This document shows, in pieces, positions 1-7,770 of a stretch of DNA of 32,000 nucleotides. The number at the start of each line of letters is the position of its first letter. Position 1 is the stretch's first letter. Location: positions 540,001 to 572,000 of the forward strand of contig FP565575.1 of assembly GCA_000091165.1 (NCBI GenBank), in the 5' to 3' direction. This DNA comes from Candidatus Methylomirabilis oxygeniifera (GTDB lineage: Bacteria; Methylomirabilota; Methylomirabilia; Methylomirabilales; Methylomirabilaceae). Below the pieces are notes generated by a model. That model was not told the DNA's origin. It saw only the letters and a program-made list of their open reading frames with translations, and did no database searches. The position numbers were made by a program, and so were the translations under genes.

Positions 1-31
1 TCCAATAGATGATAACCTCGTACTTGTTCAT
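1..31 (-). CDS. hicB: HicB-family antitoxin, N-terminal fragment running off the window
   Basis: Minus-strand ATG at 31 overlaps the hicA stop (ATGA). Translation [10 protein letters not shown] matches a HicB-like N-terminus. Confidence 0.6.
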   Translation of the reverse strand, partial: MNKYEVIIYW

Positions 32-282
32 TCCGCCTCACCTGCAAGTCCGTACGTCAGAATAACGTTTCGGACCTGCTTGACCTGATACGGCTTCGCC
101 TCGTGACCTTCACGCTGAAGGTTCAGTTTCTCCTCAATTCCTGCGCGGCGGAAAATATGATGACTCCCGCGAACGCGCATCTCGAACCCCAGGCTTGTCA
201 ACAGGTGGCAAAGGTCGTCGAAATCAAGATTTGCGTCGGACGTGCCGCTGAGGACACGACGAAGAACTTTGCCAGTGCTCAT
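28..282 (-). CDS. hicA: HicA-family mRNA interferase toxin
   Basis: 84 aa with [23 protein letters not shown] and [12 protein letters not shown], the HicA/YcfA dsRNA-binding-like fold with conserved G-S-H-H. Overlapping hicB follows. Confidence 0.85.
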
Positions 283-362
283 GCGACCATTCTACCTTGC
301 GAAAGAACTTCTGGCTCACTACGATTAGACTGGTCTGTATAGCACCCAGCCCAAGAATTCTT

Positions 363-440
363 ACGATATGCGGGATTGTCCTGCCGCCTCTCAGCCTTGT
401 CAATGGAATTTCAACGGGGGCTATAGGGACAAAGGCTGCC
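363..440 (+). repeat. Diverged 78-bp direct repeat, copy 1
   Basis: acgatatgcgggattgtcctgcc...tatagggacaaaggctgcc; about 68/78 positions match 1676..1753. Confidence 0.85.
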
Positions 441-572
441 TTGTGCCTGACTACAAGGGGGAACGAGACGGGTTACGCGGGGTCAGCGGCTGCGTGAGAA
501 GCCCCCGTGATCTTCGTTCGGAGGAAGTGTCGGACACGTTTTCGCATCGCCGGCGTGATGGTAATATTTCGA

Positions 573-666
573 GGCGGCCTACCGTGAAGTTAACCGGCGC
601 GGGCCACGACAACCAACATTGTGCCGGCGGAACACGGCGTCCGGGCAAACGCCGGGTTAGGCCGCC
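573..666 (-). other. Degenerate integron attC-like palindromic site
   Basis: GGCGGCCTA/TAGGCCGCC 9-bp inverted ends. On the minus strand GCCTAAC (RYYYAAC) contains the higA TAA stop, and CACGGTAGGC sits at the far end, one base from CACGTTAGGC. Internal TAACC-GGCG pairs with CGCC-G-GGTTA. Confidence 0.35.
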
Positions 667-950
667 GTGAGCCGCAGCTTGCCAACTTTGCCGAGCTTGA
701 GACGCTGTTTCGCTTGCCAGAGATCATGGTCGTTCTGCATAGCAAGCCAGCTCTCAGGAGAACGCCCGAGGGCCTTGGAGAGCCGCAGCGCCATTTCCGG
801 ACTGATACGGCTGGAGCCCACCAGAATACGATGCAATGTCGAAGGTGCCACACCGAGCTTTGCAGCCAGCTCCCGGCCGCTCAGGTTATTCGGCTCCAGA
901 TAGACCTGAGTGATGAACTCTCCGGGATGGGGTGGATTGTGCATAGCCAT
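657..950 (-). CDS. higA: HigA-family antitoxin (XRE/VapI-like)
   Basis: HPGEFITQVYLEPNNLSGRELAAKLGVAPSTLHRILVGSSRISPEMALRLSKALGRSPESWLAMQ, the HigA HTH signature. Confidence 0.85.
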   Translation of the reverse strand: MAMHNPPHPGEFITQVYLEPNNLSGRELAAKLGVAPSTLHRILVGSSRISPEMALRLSKALGRSPESWLAMQNDHDLWQAKQRLKLGKVGKLRLTAA

Positions 951-1024
951 CAATGATAATCCTCATAATCCAAGACGTAGGCGTGTCCGTCTTTGAATGC
1001 GAAGGTTACGCGCCGGTTCCCGTG
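950..1024 (-). pseudogene. HigB toxin C-terminal relic
   Basis: Minus-strand reading HGNRRVTFAFKDGHAYVLDYEDYH* is a typical HigB C-terminus. TGATG overlap with higA. No intact upstream part. Confidence 0.7.
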
Positions 1025-1055
1025 CCCTTGTTGGCCCTCTCTCTATTCGCCTGCC

Positions 1056-1353
1056 TCAACGGCGGCCGCGCCAATAGAAAGGGCGCCTCTTCTGGTGCGC
1101 TACCGCCAGTAGTCTGACCTCGTCAGGCCGAACGGAGTAAACCAGAGAGTATGGGAATCTGACGAGGGGTTTCTTCCGCACACGTCCGCGGACGAACTGA
1201 GCCGCTTCCGGGAGACTGAGAGATGCTCTCTGCGCCGCGTTCGACCTCGTCGATGAACACACTGCCGAGCCCCGGGTCTTCGAGGTCGTAGAAGTCGGCT
1301 GTTTCGTTGATCTCGACCTCGGCCGTCTCGTGGATCGAAAATCGTCGGCTCAT
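1056..1353 (-). pseudogene. RelE/ParE-family toxin interrupted by a frameshift
   Basis: N-terminal frame MSRRFSIHETAEVEINETADFYDLEDPGLGSVFIDEVERG and C-terminal frame LPEAAQFVRGRVRKKPLVRFPYSLVYSVRPDEVRLLAVAHQKRRPFYW lie in two minus-strand frames. Confidence 0.8.
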
Positions 1354-1574
1354 TTTCGGCGAGCCCGCGCCCGGGCAAGCACTTCGTCCGCCGGGTACGC
1401 GCGGGCCGCGCCACTGTCGAGTTCCTCATCGCGCCGAATCGCTTCGTCGATCCATAGCTTTTCAATTTCTGCCTCACTCAGTGCGTCTAAACTGGCGAGC
1501 AGTTCGCGAGCCAGACGCGCACGCGCTGCCGGATTCAGGCGAAGGGCCTCTTCTCTTAGTTCGTCAACGTTCAT
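1350..1574 (-). CDS. Addiction-module component (antitoxin) of a ParE-like system
   Basis: MNVDELREEALRLNPAARARLARELLASLDALSEAEIEKLWIDEAIRRDEELDSG, the putative addiction-module family; ATGA overlap with the toxin frame. Confidence 0.75.
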   Translation of the reverse strand: MNVDELREEALRLNPAARARLARELLASLDALSEAEIEKLWIDEAIRRDEELDSGAARAYPADEVLARARARRK

Positions 1575-1675
1575 CTGCGCACCTCCAATTTCATTTGCGG
1601 TGTTCCTTATCGTCTTCTATTTTCCGGGCCAATTATGATTACGCTGGTCCGTACAACACAGCCCCAAAATTGCTC

Positions 1676-1753
1676 ACGATATGCGGGATTTTCCTGCCGT
1701 TTCGCAGACTTGTCAACGGAATTTCAACAGGGCCCATAGGGACAAAGGCCGCC
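1676..1753 (+). repeat. Diverged 78-bp direct repeat, copy 2
   Basis: acgatatgcgggattttcctgcc...catagggacaaaggccgcc; see 363..440. Confidence 0.85.
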
Positions 1754-2014
1754 CCGACGGTCGGCATAATCCTGATATGGCCGACCAATGCTGAGGTCGT
1801 GCGGGTGTGCACGGGCTACGGACTGCGAACCCCTCTGCTGCCTCGGTTCAACACATGGGTGTAGATCATCGTCGTACTGACATCCCGATAACCCAGCAAC
1901 TCCTGGACAGTGCGAATGTCATAGCCATCTTCGAGGCGATGTGTAGCAAAGGAATGGTGAACCTTACTGAAAATTGCGGCTGGGGGTGGCGAGGTTAGCG
2001 GTCACATTCGGTCG

Positions 2015-2152
2015 TCAGAGCCGATCGGCGATGAAGTAGACGACGCCGTGTTCGGCCTGCAGCGTCCCGGTGACGCCGAGGAGGGTAGCGGTCTTGGCCA
2101 GGGTGGCATAGCGCGCGAAGATCGTGGGTCAGAGGACGAGGTTCACGAATTT
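2015..2152 (-). pseudogene. Relic resembling the C-terminal OB-fold end of error-prone DNA polymerase DnaE2 (ImuC)
   Basis: Translation KFVNLVL*PTIFARYATLAKTATLLGVTGTLQAEHGVVYFIADRL*. The internal TGA falls where Trp is expected. Confidence 0.6.
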
Positions 2153-2199
2153 GGCAGGAAGATCACTCGGAAGTCAAGCACCGGCGGCGGAGGCGAGGA

Positions 2200-2496
2200 T
2201 CACGCGACAGACTTGACTTCTTCCTCCAGCCGGTCGCCGATCAGCTCTTCTTGCACTTCCAGATCGTAGTGGCATTGGAGGTTGAGCCACAGCCTGGCAG
2301 AGGTACCAAAGTAACGGCCAAGGCGCAACGCCGTATCGGCACTGATCGAGCGCTTGCCGTGCACGATCTCATTGATCCGGCGGGGATCAACGTTAATGTC
2401 TCTCGCAAGCCTGTACTGGGAAATATTCATCGGCTTTAGGAACTCTTCCAGTAGGATTTCACCGGGATGAATGGGAGGGAAGTCTCTCTTCGCCAT
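2200..2496 (-). CDS. higA: HigA-family antitoxin
   Basis: FPPIHPGEILLEEFLKPMNISQYRLARDINVDPRRINEIVHGKRSISADTALRLGRYFGTSARLWLNLQ. Confidence 0.9.
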   Translation of the reverse strand: MAKRDFPPIHPGEILLEEFLKPMNISQYRLARDINVDPRRINEIVHGKRSISADTALRLGRYFGTSARLWLNLQCHYDLEVQEELIGDRLEEEVKSVA

Positions 2497-2507
2497 CGTG
2501 CTGCACC

Positions 2508-2792
2508 TCAACCGTGATAATCCGTTATCTCAACATCGTACGCGTTGCCACCGCGCCAGACAAAGCAGATGCGCCACTGATCATTGATTCGGATGCTGTG
2601 TTGCCCCACGCGATCACCTTTGAGTTTCTCCAATCGATTTCCAGGCGGCACTCTCAGCTCTGCTAAGCTTTCCGCCGCATTGAGCAGCAAGAGCTTCCTG
2701 GCACTTGGACTCCAGAGTTGGGCGGACAGCCGGCGTGAACGAAGGCCGCGAAAAACTCGCTCAGTCTCCTCATCTGCGAAGCTCTTGATCAT
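2508..2792 (-). CDS. higB: HigB-family mRNA interferase toxin
   Basis: MIKSFADEETERVFRG...LEKLKGDRVGQHSIRINDQWRICFVWRGGNAYDVEITDYHG, classic HigB. Confidence 0.92.
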   Translation of the reverse strand: MIKSFADEETERVFRGLRSRRLSAQLWSPSARKLLLLNAAESLAELRVPPGNRLEKLKGDRVGQHSIRINDQWRICFVWRGGNAYDVEITDYHG

Positions 2793-3014
2793 GCGCTGCC
2801 ATGATAGTGCGATGCGCTAATGGTGTCAAGCGCAATGTAGCGTGGACAAATTACCGCCCAAGGGAATGCATCAGTTGCGCGATATTCCGTGGTATAGTGA
2901 GTATGGCAGCTAAGCGAGTGCCCCGGGTGGTTAAGTGGGTGTTGAGGTCTGGACTTCCCTTTATTAACGCGAGATATTGCTGATCTTCGGATGGCATCAA
3001 TGGTTGCACTGTAG

Positions 3015-5063
3015 ATGAGTTACGCGAGAGCAACATGGCGAGCGATAGTCGTTGCTCTTTTGATCAGCGTGACGCTCGGCGCGACCGCATGGGGCACGCC
3101 CCCGGCTCGCGAGGAGGATCTGCCGAACCTTTCACAACTGGCGATCTTTCAGCCCGGCGAGCCGAGCCTCCTCTATGATGATGAAGAAAGGGTATTCGGC
3201 TCGATTGTTCCGGAATACCGGATCTTTGTCCCGCTCTCCCGAATTCCTTTGAAGTTGCGACAGGCGATCATTGCTGCCGAGGACGCCCGCTTTTATGAGC
3301 ATGGGGCGCTTGATCTGCAAGGGATCGCCAGGGCGGCCGTGAGAAATCTGATGTCCGCGTCCGTAAAGGAAGGCGGCAGCACCATCACGCAGCAACTCGC
3401 CAAGACCCTGTTTTTGAGCCACGAGCGGACCATCGGACGCAAGGTCAAGGAGTTACAGCTTGCCGGCGAGCTCGAACAACGCTACACGAAGGATCAGATC
3501 CTGGAGATGTACCTGAATGCCATCTATTTTGGTCATGGGGCATATGGGGTCGAGGCGGCTGCGCGGATCTATTTCAGCAAAAGCGTGACAGGGCTCACCC
3601 TGTCGGAGGCCGCGCTGCTCGCGGGACTCGTCAGGGCGCCAGGCAGGTATTCGCCGCTGATCGATGTCAAGCGCGCGAAGGCGCGTCGGCAGTACGTGTT
3701 GAACCGGATGGTGGCAACGGGTGCGCTCAAACAGCCCCAGGCCCGTCGAGCGAACCTCACGCCCGTATCGGTTAATCCGATGTTTCGATCAAAGGGCATG
3801 GCGCCGTGGTTCATCGATTATGTCCGAGCACAACTGGATGAGCGCTTGGGCCAGACCCTGGTCCGGCAAGGGGGGCTGAAGATTTATACGACATTAAATG
3901 CCGGCATGCAACGGGCGGCAGTCAAGGCAATCAGCCGGGGCATTGGCGCGATCGCGCAACGGCGTAAGGAACAGACGGCCGGCGCAACGGCGACGCCTGA
4001 GGGGGCGCTGATTGCCCTTGATGCCAGGAGCGGCGAAATCAAGGCCTTGGTGGGCGGTTCTGATTACAGTCACAGTCAGTTTAACCGGGCGGTGCAGGCG
4101 AGGCGGCAGCCAGGCTCAGCTTTCAAGCCGTTTGTCTATGCGGCGGCGTTTGAGCGAGGGCTGACAGCCGCGACCATTTCCGACGATGCCCCCATCAGCT
4201 TTGAGATCGGTGCGGGGAGGCGAAGTGACACGTGGGCCCCTGAGAATGTGGACCGTAAGTATCGCGGGCCGGTGACGCTTCGTCAGGCGCTTGAAGAGTC
4301 GATCAATGTCCCCACGGTCCGCTTGATCGCCGCGATCGGGGTTGATCCGGTCATCGACCTTGCGAGGCGGCTCGGGATTACCTCGGAGCTGAGACGGGAG
4401 TACGCGATGGCCTTAGGCGTTTCAGAGGTGAGCCTCTTGGAGCTGACGTCGGCCTATCAGGCGTTCGCCAATCGCGGGACTTTGGCGCCGCCTTTTGCCA
4501 TCCGGCGCGTGGTGGGTCCTGGTGAGATCGTTATCGAAGAGCAGTTTCCTCAGCCGCAACAGGTCATGAGCGAGGAGGTTGCGTTTGTCCTGACCTCGGT
4601 CCTTGAGGGTGCGGTCGAACGCGGGACAGGTAAGGCCGCCCGGCGAATCGGGCGTCCGGTCGCCGCGAAGACCGGGACTACTCAGGCTGCGGAAGATCTT
4701 TGGTTTATCGGGTATACCCCAAGTGTTGTAGCCGGGGTCTGGCTGGGTTACGATCAACGTCGCTCAATCGGCTCTCACGAGACGGCCGGAAAGGTGGCCG
4801 CGCCCATCTGGGTCGATTTTGTAAAACAGAGCCTTGGCGACAGCCCTGTCGAACCCTTTCTCCCGCCTGAAGGGGTCGTTCGGGTGCTGATCAATCGAAA
4901 GACAGGCCAGCCGACCTCATCGGCCGATCCCGATGCCTTTGAGGAGTACGTCATCCGAGGGCAGGAAGATCTGCCGCCTCCAGCGCTGGCATTGCCGACG
5001 GCCAACGGCTCTTCGCTCAGGCCGAGCGACAACGCCGTCCTTCCGCCTCTTCCCGGCCAGTGA
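3015..5063 (+). CDS. mrcA: Penicillin-binding protein 1A, bifunctional transglycosylase/transpeptidase
   Basis: 682 aa with EDARFYEHGALDLQGIARA, KEGGSTITQQLAKTLFL, GSAFKPFVYAAAFERG, KTGTTQAAEDLWFIGYTP. Confidence 0.95.
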   Translation: MSYARATWRAIVVALLISVTLGATAWGTPPAREEDLPNLSQLAIFQPGEPSLLYDDEERVFGSIVPEYRIFVPLSRIPLKLRQAIIAAEDARFYEHGALDLQGIARAAVRNLMSASVKEGGSTITQQLAKTLFLSHERTIGRKVKELQLAGELEQRYTKDQILEMYLNAIYFGHGAYGVEAAARIYFSKSVTGLTLSEAALLAGLVRAPGRYSPLIDVKRAKARRQYVLNRMVATGALKQPQARRANLTPVSVNPMFRSKGMAPWFIDYVRAQLDERLGQTLVRQGGLKIYTTLNAGMQRAAVKAISRGIGAIAQRRKEQTAGATATPEGALIALDARSGEIKALVGGSDYSHSQFNRAVQARRQPGSAFKPFVYAAAFERGLTAATISDDAPISFEIGAGRRSDTWAPENVDRKYRGPVTLRQALEESINVPTVRLIAAIGVDPVIDLARRLGITSELRREYAMALGVSEVSLLELTSAYQAFANRGTLAPPFAIRRVVGPGEIVIEEQFPQPQQVMSEEVAFVLTSVLEGAVERGTGKAARRIGRPVAAKTGTTQAAEDLWFIGYTPSVVAGVWLGYDQRRSIGSHETAGKVAAPIWVDFVKQSLGDSPVEPFLPPEGVVRVLINRKTGQPTSSADPDAFEEYVIRGQEDLPPPALALPTANGSSLRPSDNAVLPPLPGQ

Positions 5064-5109
5064 TCTACGTCCGGCATCCTTGTGCCGCCGCCGGCCCCGT
5101 AGATTTTGG

Positions 5110-5139
5110 TTGCGCAGCGATTCTATGTTTCGCTATAGT
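5110..5139 (+). promoter_or_regulatory. Sigma70-like promoter for tRNA-Glu
   Basis: TTGCGC (5110-5115), 18-nt spacer, TATAGT (5134-5139), about 30 nt upstream of the tRNA. Confidence 0.5.
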
Positions 5140-5168
5140 AGACGGGTTATCCCACTGCTTTATCGCAT

Positions 5169-5244
5169 GGCCCCATCGTCTAGTGGCCTAGGACGCGGCC
5201 CTCTCAAGGCTGAAACACGGGTTCGAAGCCCGTTGGGGCCACCA
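5169..5244 (+). tRNA. tRNA-Glu (anticodon CTC)
   Basis: Acceptor GGCCCCA/TGGGGCC, T arm ACGGG-TTCGAAG-CCCGT, anticodon loop CTCTCAA, encoded CCA. Confidence 0.93.
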
Positions 5245-5431
5245 ATGATGTCAGGTGGTTGCGAAGCCTGCCTATTTCTGAAGAAGTCTCCGGTGTCCAC
5301 AACATGAGTACCCTGACGCAGCGGACGGTGAGTGAGCGTGGCCACGCGGTCTCGTTGTAGCGCTTCGCTCGGTGAATCGGTGCGGCCGGCCTCAGCGTGA
5401 CGACATCATAGATCGATCATTCTACTGAGCT

Positions 5432-5878
5432 ATGCTCGACACACTCATCACACGTTACGATTGGTATGACCACCCGGAGGGGGTGAAATTCGTCGAGACC
5501 CATCGCGATGAACATCGGACCTCCGGCCATTGGTTGTTGCTCCCCGGAACATTTTCAGCATTTCATCGTGTCCTCAACAACGAAGAGCTCTGGTATATTC
5601 ATCACGGTAGAATTACGCTTCACATCATCGATACGAGAGGCAGTCTCCTATCGCTTATATTGGGAGGCGATGTTGCTAGGGGCGAATACCCGGTGATCTC
5701 GGTCCCGAAGAACTGTTGGCAAGCGGCTGAAATCGACGAGCGCGTGCCCTATGCATTTGGATCGGTCGTATGTGCGCCGCCGTTTCGGTTTGAACTCTTC
5801 GAGATCGGTCATCGTTGCGGTCTTATTGAGGAATTCCCTCAGCATGCGGAAGTAATTAGTCGATTCACCTTGCCCTGA
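5432..5878 (+). CDS. Cupin-superfamily protein, DUF985 type
   Basis: RTSGHWLLLPGTFSAFHRVLNNEELWYIHHG...WQAAE...YAFGSVVCAPPFRFELFEIG. Confidence 0.85.
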   Translation: MLDTLITRYDWYDHPEGVKFVETHRDEHRTSGHWLLLPGTFSAFHRVLNNEELWYIHHGRITLHIIDTRGSLLSLILGGDVARGEYPVISVPKNCWQAAEIDERVPYAFGSVVCAPPFRFELFEIGHRCGLIEEFPQHAEVISRFTLP

Positions 5879-5950
5879 CCATTTCGGTCGAGCACGTCGT
5901 GGAACCCGTTCATTCCGCGAGCGGCGAATGCTGGACGCCAACGTGTTCAT

Positions 5951-6562
5951 TTACGCCTGTACGTGTGGGGGATCGGCCGGTGGACTGTGCAGATGTTGCT
6001 GCAGCTCAAGTAGCGCAAAAACATTCGGATGAACCTTTAATCCTTTTTGCCCCAGCGCGCGAAGACGATCGCCCAGTGTCGCCGGATCGAAATGACCAGG
6101 AAGGATCTCGCGATCGAAGAGCCCCCGCACCTCATTCGTGATTGCTCTGATCCGTAACCACCCACGCAGGTGATACACCGTAAAACCTATCAGGGGTATA
6201 ATCAACACCCACCTGTTAACAGCTTGAAAGGTTGAGCCGGATGGGGATGGGGAGAGCGCATACATGATACTCACTATCCACACCGTGATAAACCCAGCGT
6301 AAACGATTCCAGGTCCGGCTTGCGGGAATCTTCGGATCAAAAATCCACCCGGCTGTAAGCCGGTCCGGGCGAATCGCTGAAGAGGAGCATATTCCGAGTT
6401 CAGCAAATGATAGAGGAGCTGCCGGTTGCGATCGAGGCTGTGAAGCTCCGGGGAGTCTAGGTACGACTGAACCAGGTTTTCAATCCGTTGACTTTCGTGC
6501 AGATACTTAAACTCACAGTCGCGTAATCCTCCGAGCTCTTTGTTGAATGCGCGATGATCCAT
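5951..6562 (-). CDS. Hypothetical membrane protein with about 2 TM segments
   Basis: Hydrophobic stretches GIVYAGFITVWIVSIMYAL and WVLIIPLIGFTVYHL. Preferred start is MDHRAFNKE at 6562. Confidence 0.55.
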   Translation of the reverse strand: MDHRAFNKELGGLRDCEFKYLHESQRIENLVQSYLDSPELHSLDRNRQLLYHLLNSEYAPLQRFARTGLQPGGFLIRRFPQAGPGIVYAGFITVWIVSIMYALSPSPSGSTFQAVNRWVLIIPLIGFTVYHLRGWLRIRAITNEVRGLFDREILPGHFDPATLGDRLRALGQKGLKVHPNVFALLELQQHLHSPPADPPHVQA

Positions 6563-6934
6563 AGGGACTCCGTGATTCGTTTCGCTCGTATGACCGCATA
6601 GAAAGACAGGCGCCCGTAACGGACCTGACCTGCCCGTGGCGTGTGTTGCGTTCGTTCTAGCACAGGCCCTCTGACGCGTCAAGCGCTAGACTCGCGCTGC
6701 GCGTGCAACCGGGAAGATAGTCGATGGAGTCAATCGGCATTTCCAGCAGAGTCTGTCAAGCGGAAACCTGCGGAAAGGCGAGCCGCAGCCATTAGTGGTT
6801 GATTTCAGACCACGTTCCAGTGTGTCGGCTTTGTGGAGACCACGTTGAATTCGGGAGGGCACCTCACTTAATTCAGGGACTTGGGGGTGGCGGGATTCAG
6901 GATGGTGTCCCCGTAATTCTCTGCTTCACGCCTC

Positions 6935-6964
6935 TTGACAAGCTGTATATTATTGCAATATACA
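6935..6964 (+). promoter_or_regulatory. Promoter/operator of the brnTA locus
   Basis: TTGACA (6935-6940), 18 nt, TATACA (6959-6964). The -10 is one arm of palindrome TGTATATT-ATTGC-AATATACA (6944..6964), just upstream of the brnT ATG. Confidence 0.55.
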
Positions 6965-6970
6965 TGATAT

Positions 6971-7273
6971 ATGGATGCCTACGAGCGGCTGGCCAGGTGT
7001 ACAGGGTTCGATTGGGACGAGGGCAATGTACTCAAGAATTGGGTAAAACACCGCGTGACGGCTGCAGAGTGTGAGCAGATATTTTTCAATTGCCCTTTGG
7101 TTGTTACCGAGGATGTAGGGCATTCCCAAGCTGAGGGCCGAATGTATGCTCTTGGCCAAACAGATGGTGGGGAACTTCTGTTGGTGGTCTTTACCTTTCG
7201 ACGTAATCTGATCCGCGTTATTTCGGCGCGTGGAATGAGCAAGAAGGAGCGAAAGGAGTACGAGGTGTCATGA
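6971..7273 (+). CDS. brnT: BrnT-family ribonuclease toxin (DUF497)
   Basis: FDWDEGNVLKNWVKHRVTAAECEQIF...GRMYALGQTDGGELLLVVFTFRRNLIRVISARGMSKKERKEYE. Confidence 0.92.
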   Translation: MDAYERLARCTGFDWDEGNVLKNWVKHRVTAAECEQIFFNCPLVVTEDVGHSQAEGRMYALGQTDGGELLLVVFTFRRNLIRVISARGMSKKERKEYEVS

Positions 7274-7566
7274 AAGCGAAACTAAAAATTCCGAAGTTTG
7301 CATCGGAAGATGAGGAGCGTGAGTTTTGGTCGACCGCTGACTCGACCGACTACCTCGACTGGAAGAAGGGCAAGAGGCTGCTGTTTCCCGAGCTTCGCCC
7401 TTCGTTGAAAACGATATCGTTGCGGTTACCGGAGATCATGTTGGAGGAGTTGAAGCTTCTCGCGAATAAGCGCGACGTGCCGTATCAGTCGTTGCTTAAG
7501 GTGTTTTTGAGTGAACGCATCGGACAGGAGCTGAAATCTACCAGGCATGGACGCGCAAAGGTCTAG
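7270..7566 (+). CDS. brnA: BrnA/CopG-like antitoxin
   Basis: ATGA overlap with brnT. FASEDEEREFWSTADSTDYLDW...ISLRLPEIMLEELKLLANKRDVPYQSLLKVFLSERI. Confidence 0.85.
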   Translation: MKAKLKIPKFASEDEEREFWSTADSTDYLDWKKGKRLLFPELRPSLKTISLRLPEIMLEELKLLANKRDVPYQSLLKVFLSERIGQELKSTRHGRAKV

Positions 7567-7650
7567 CTGCGGGTTGACGCTAGTCTAGTGTCTCTAAGGC
7601 TTCTTTACATTGATTTCGATGCCGTCATTGACCAGAAAGTCCCCTGTGCG

Positions 7651-7753
7651 GTCATTGCGAGGGAGCGAAGCGACTGAAGCAATCTCACCGTTCTTCAAGA
7701 CCAGGAAGCAGAACGGTTGGATTGCCACGCTCCCTTCGGTCGCTCGCAATGAC
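7651..7753 (+). repeat. Dispersed palindromic intergenic element
   Basis: gtcattgcgagggagcgaagcgactgaagcaatctc ... ggattgccacgctcccttcggtcgctcgcaatgac, near-perfect inverted ends. Confidence 0.85.
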
Positions 7754-7770
7754 GATCGCGAGGAAGGCAG

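Noticed and set aside
1203-1262. Programmed frameshift producing a full-length ParE-like toxin
   Set aside because: I could not recognise a convincing slippery heptamer with a downstream structure. Ordinary decay next to other relics is simpler.
1307-1864. 185-aa plus-strand ORF
   Set aside because: Antisense to the antitoxin in its first part, then passes through the 78-bp repeat. No protein family recognised.
5169-5244. tRNA-Glu as an attachment site of a genomic island covering the cupin and brnTA region
   Set aside because: No integrase seen and no duplicated tRNA 3' end recognised downstream in the window.
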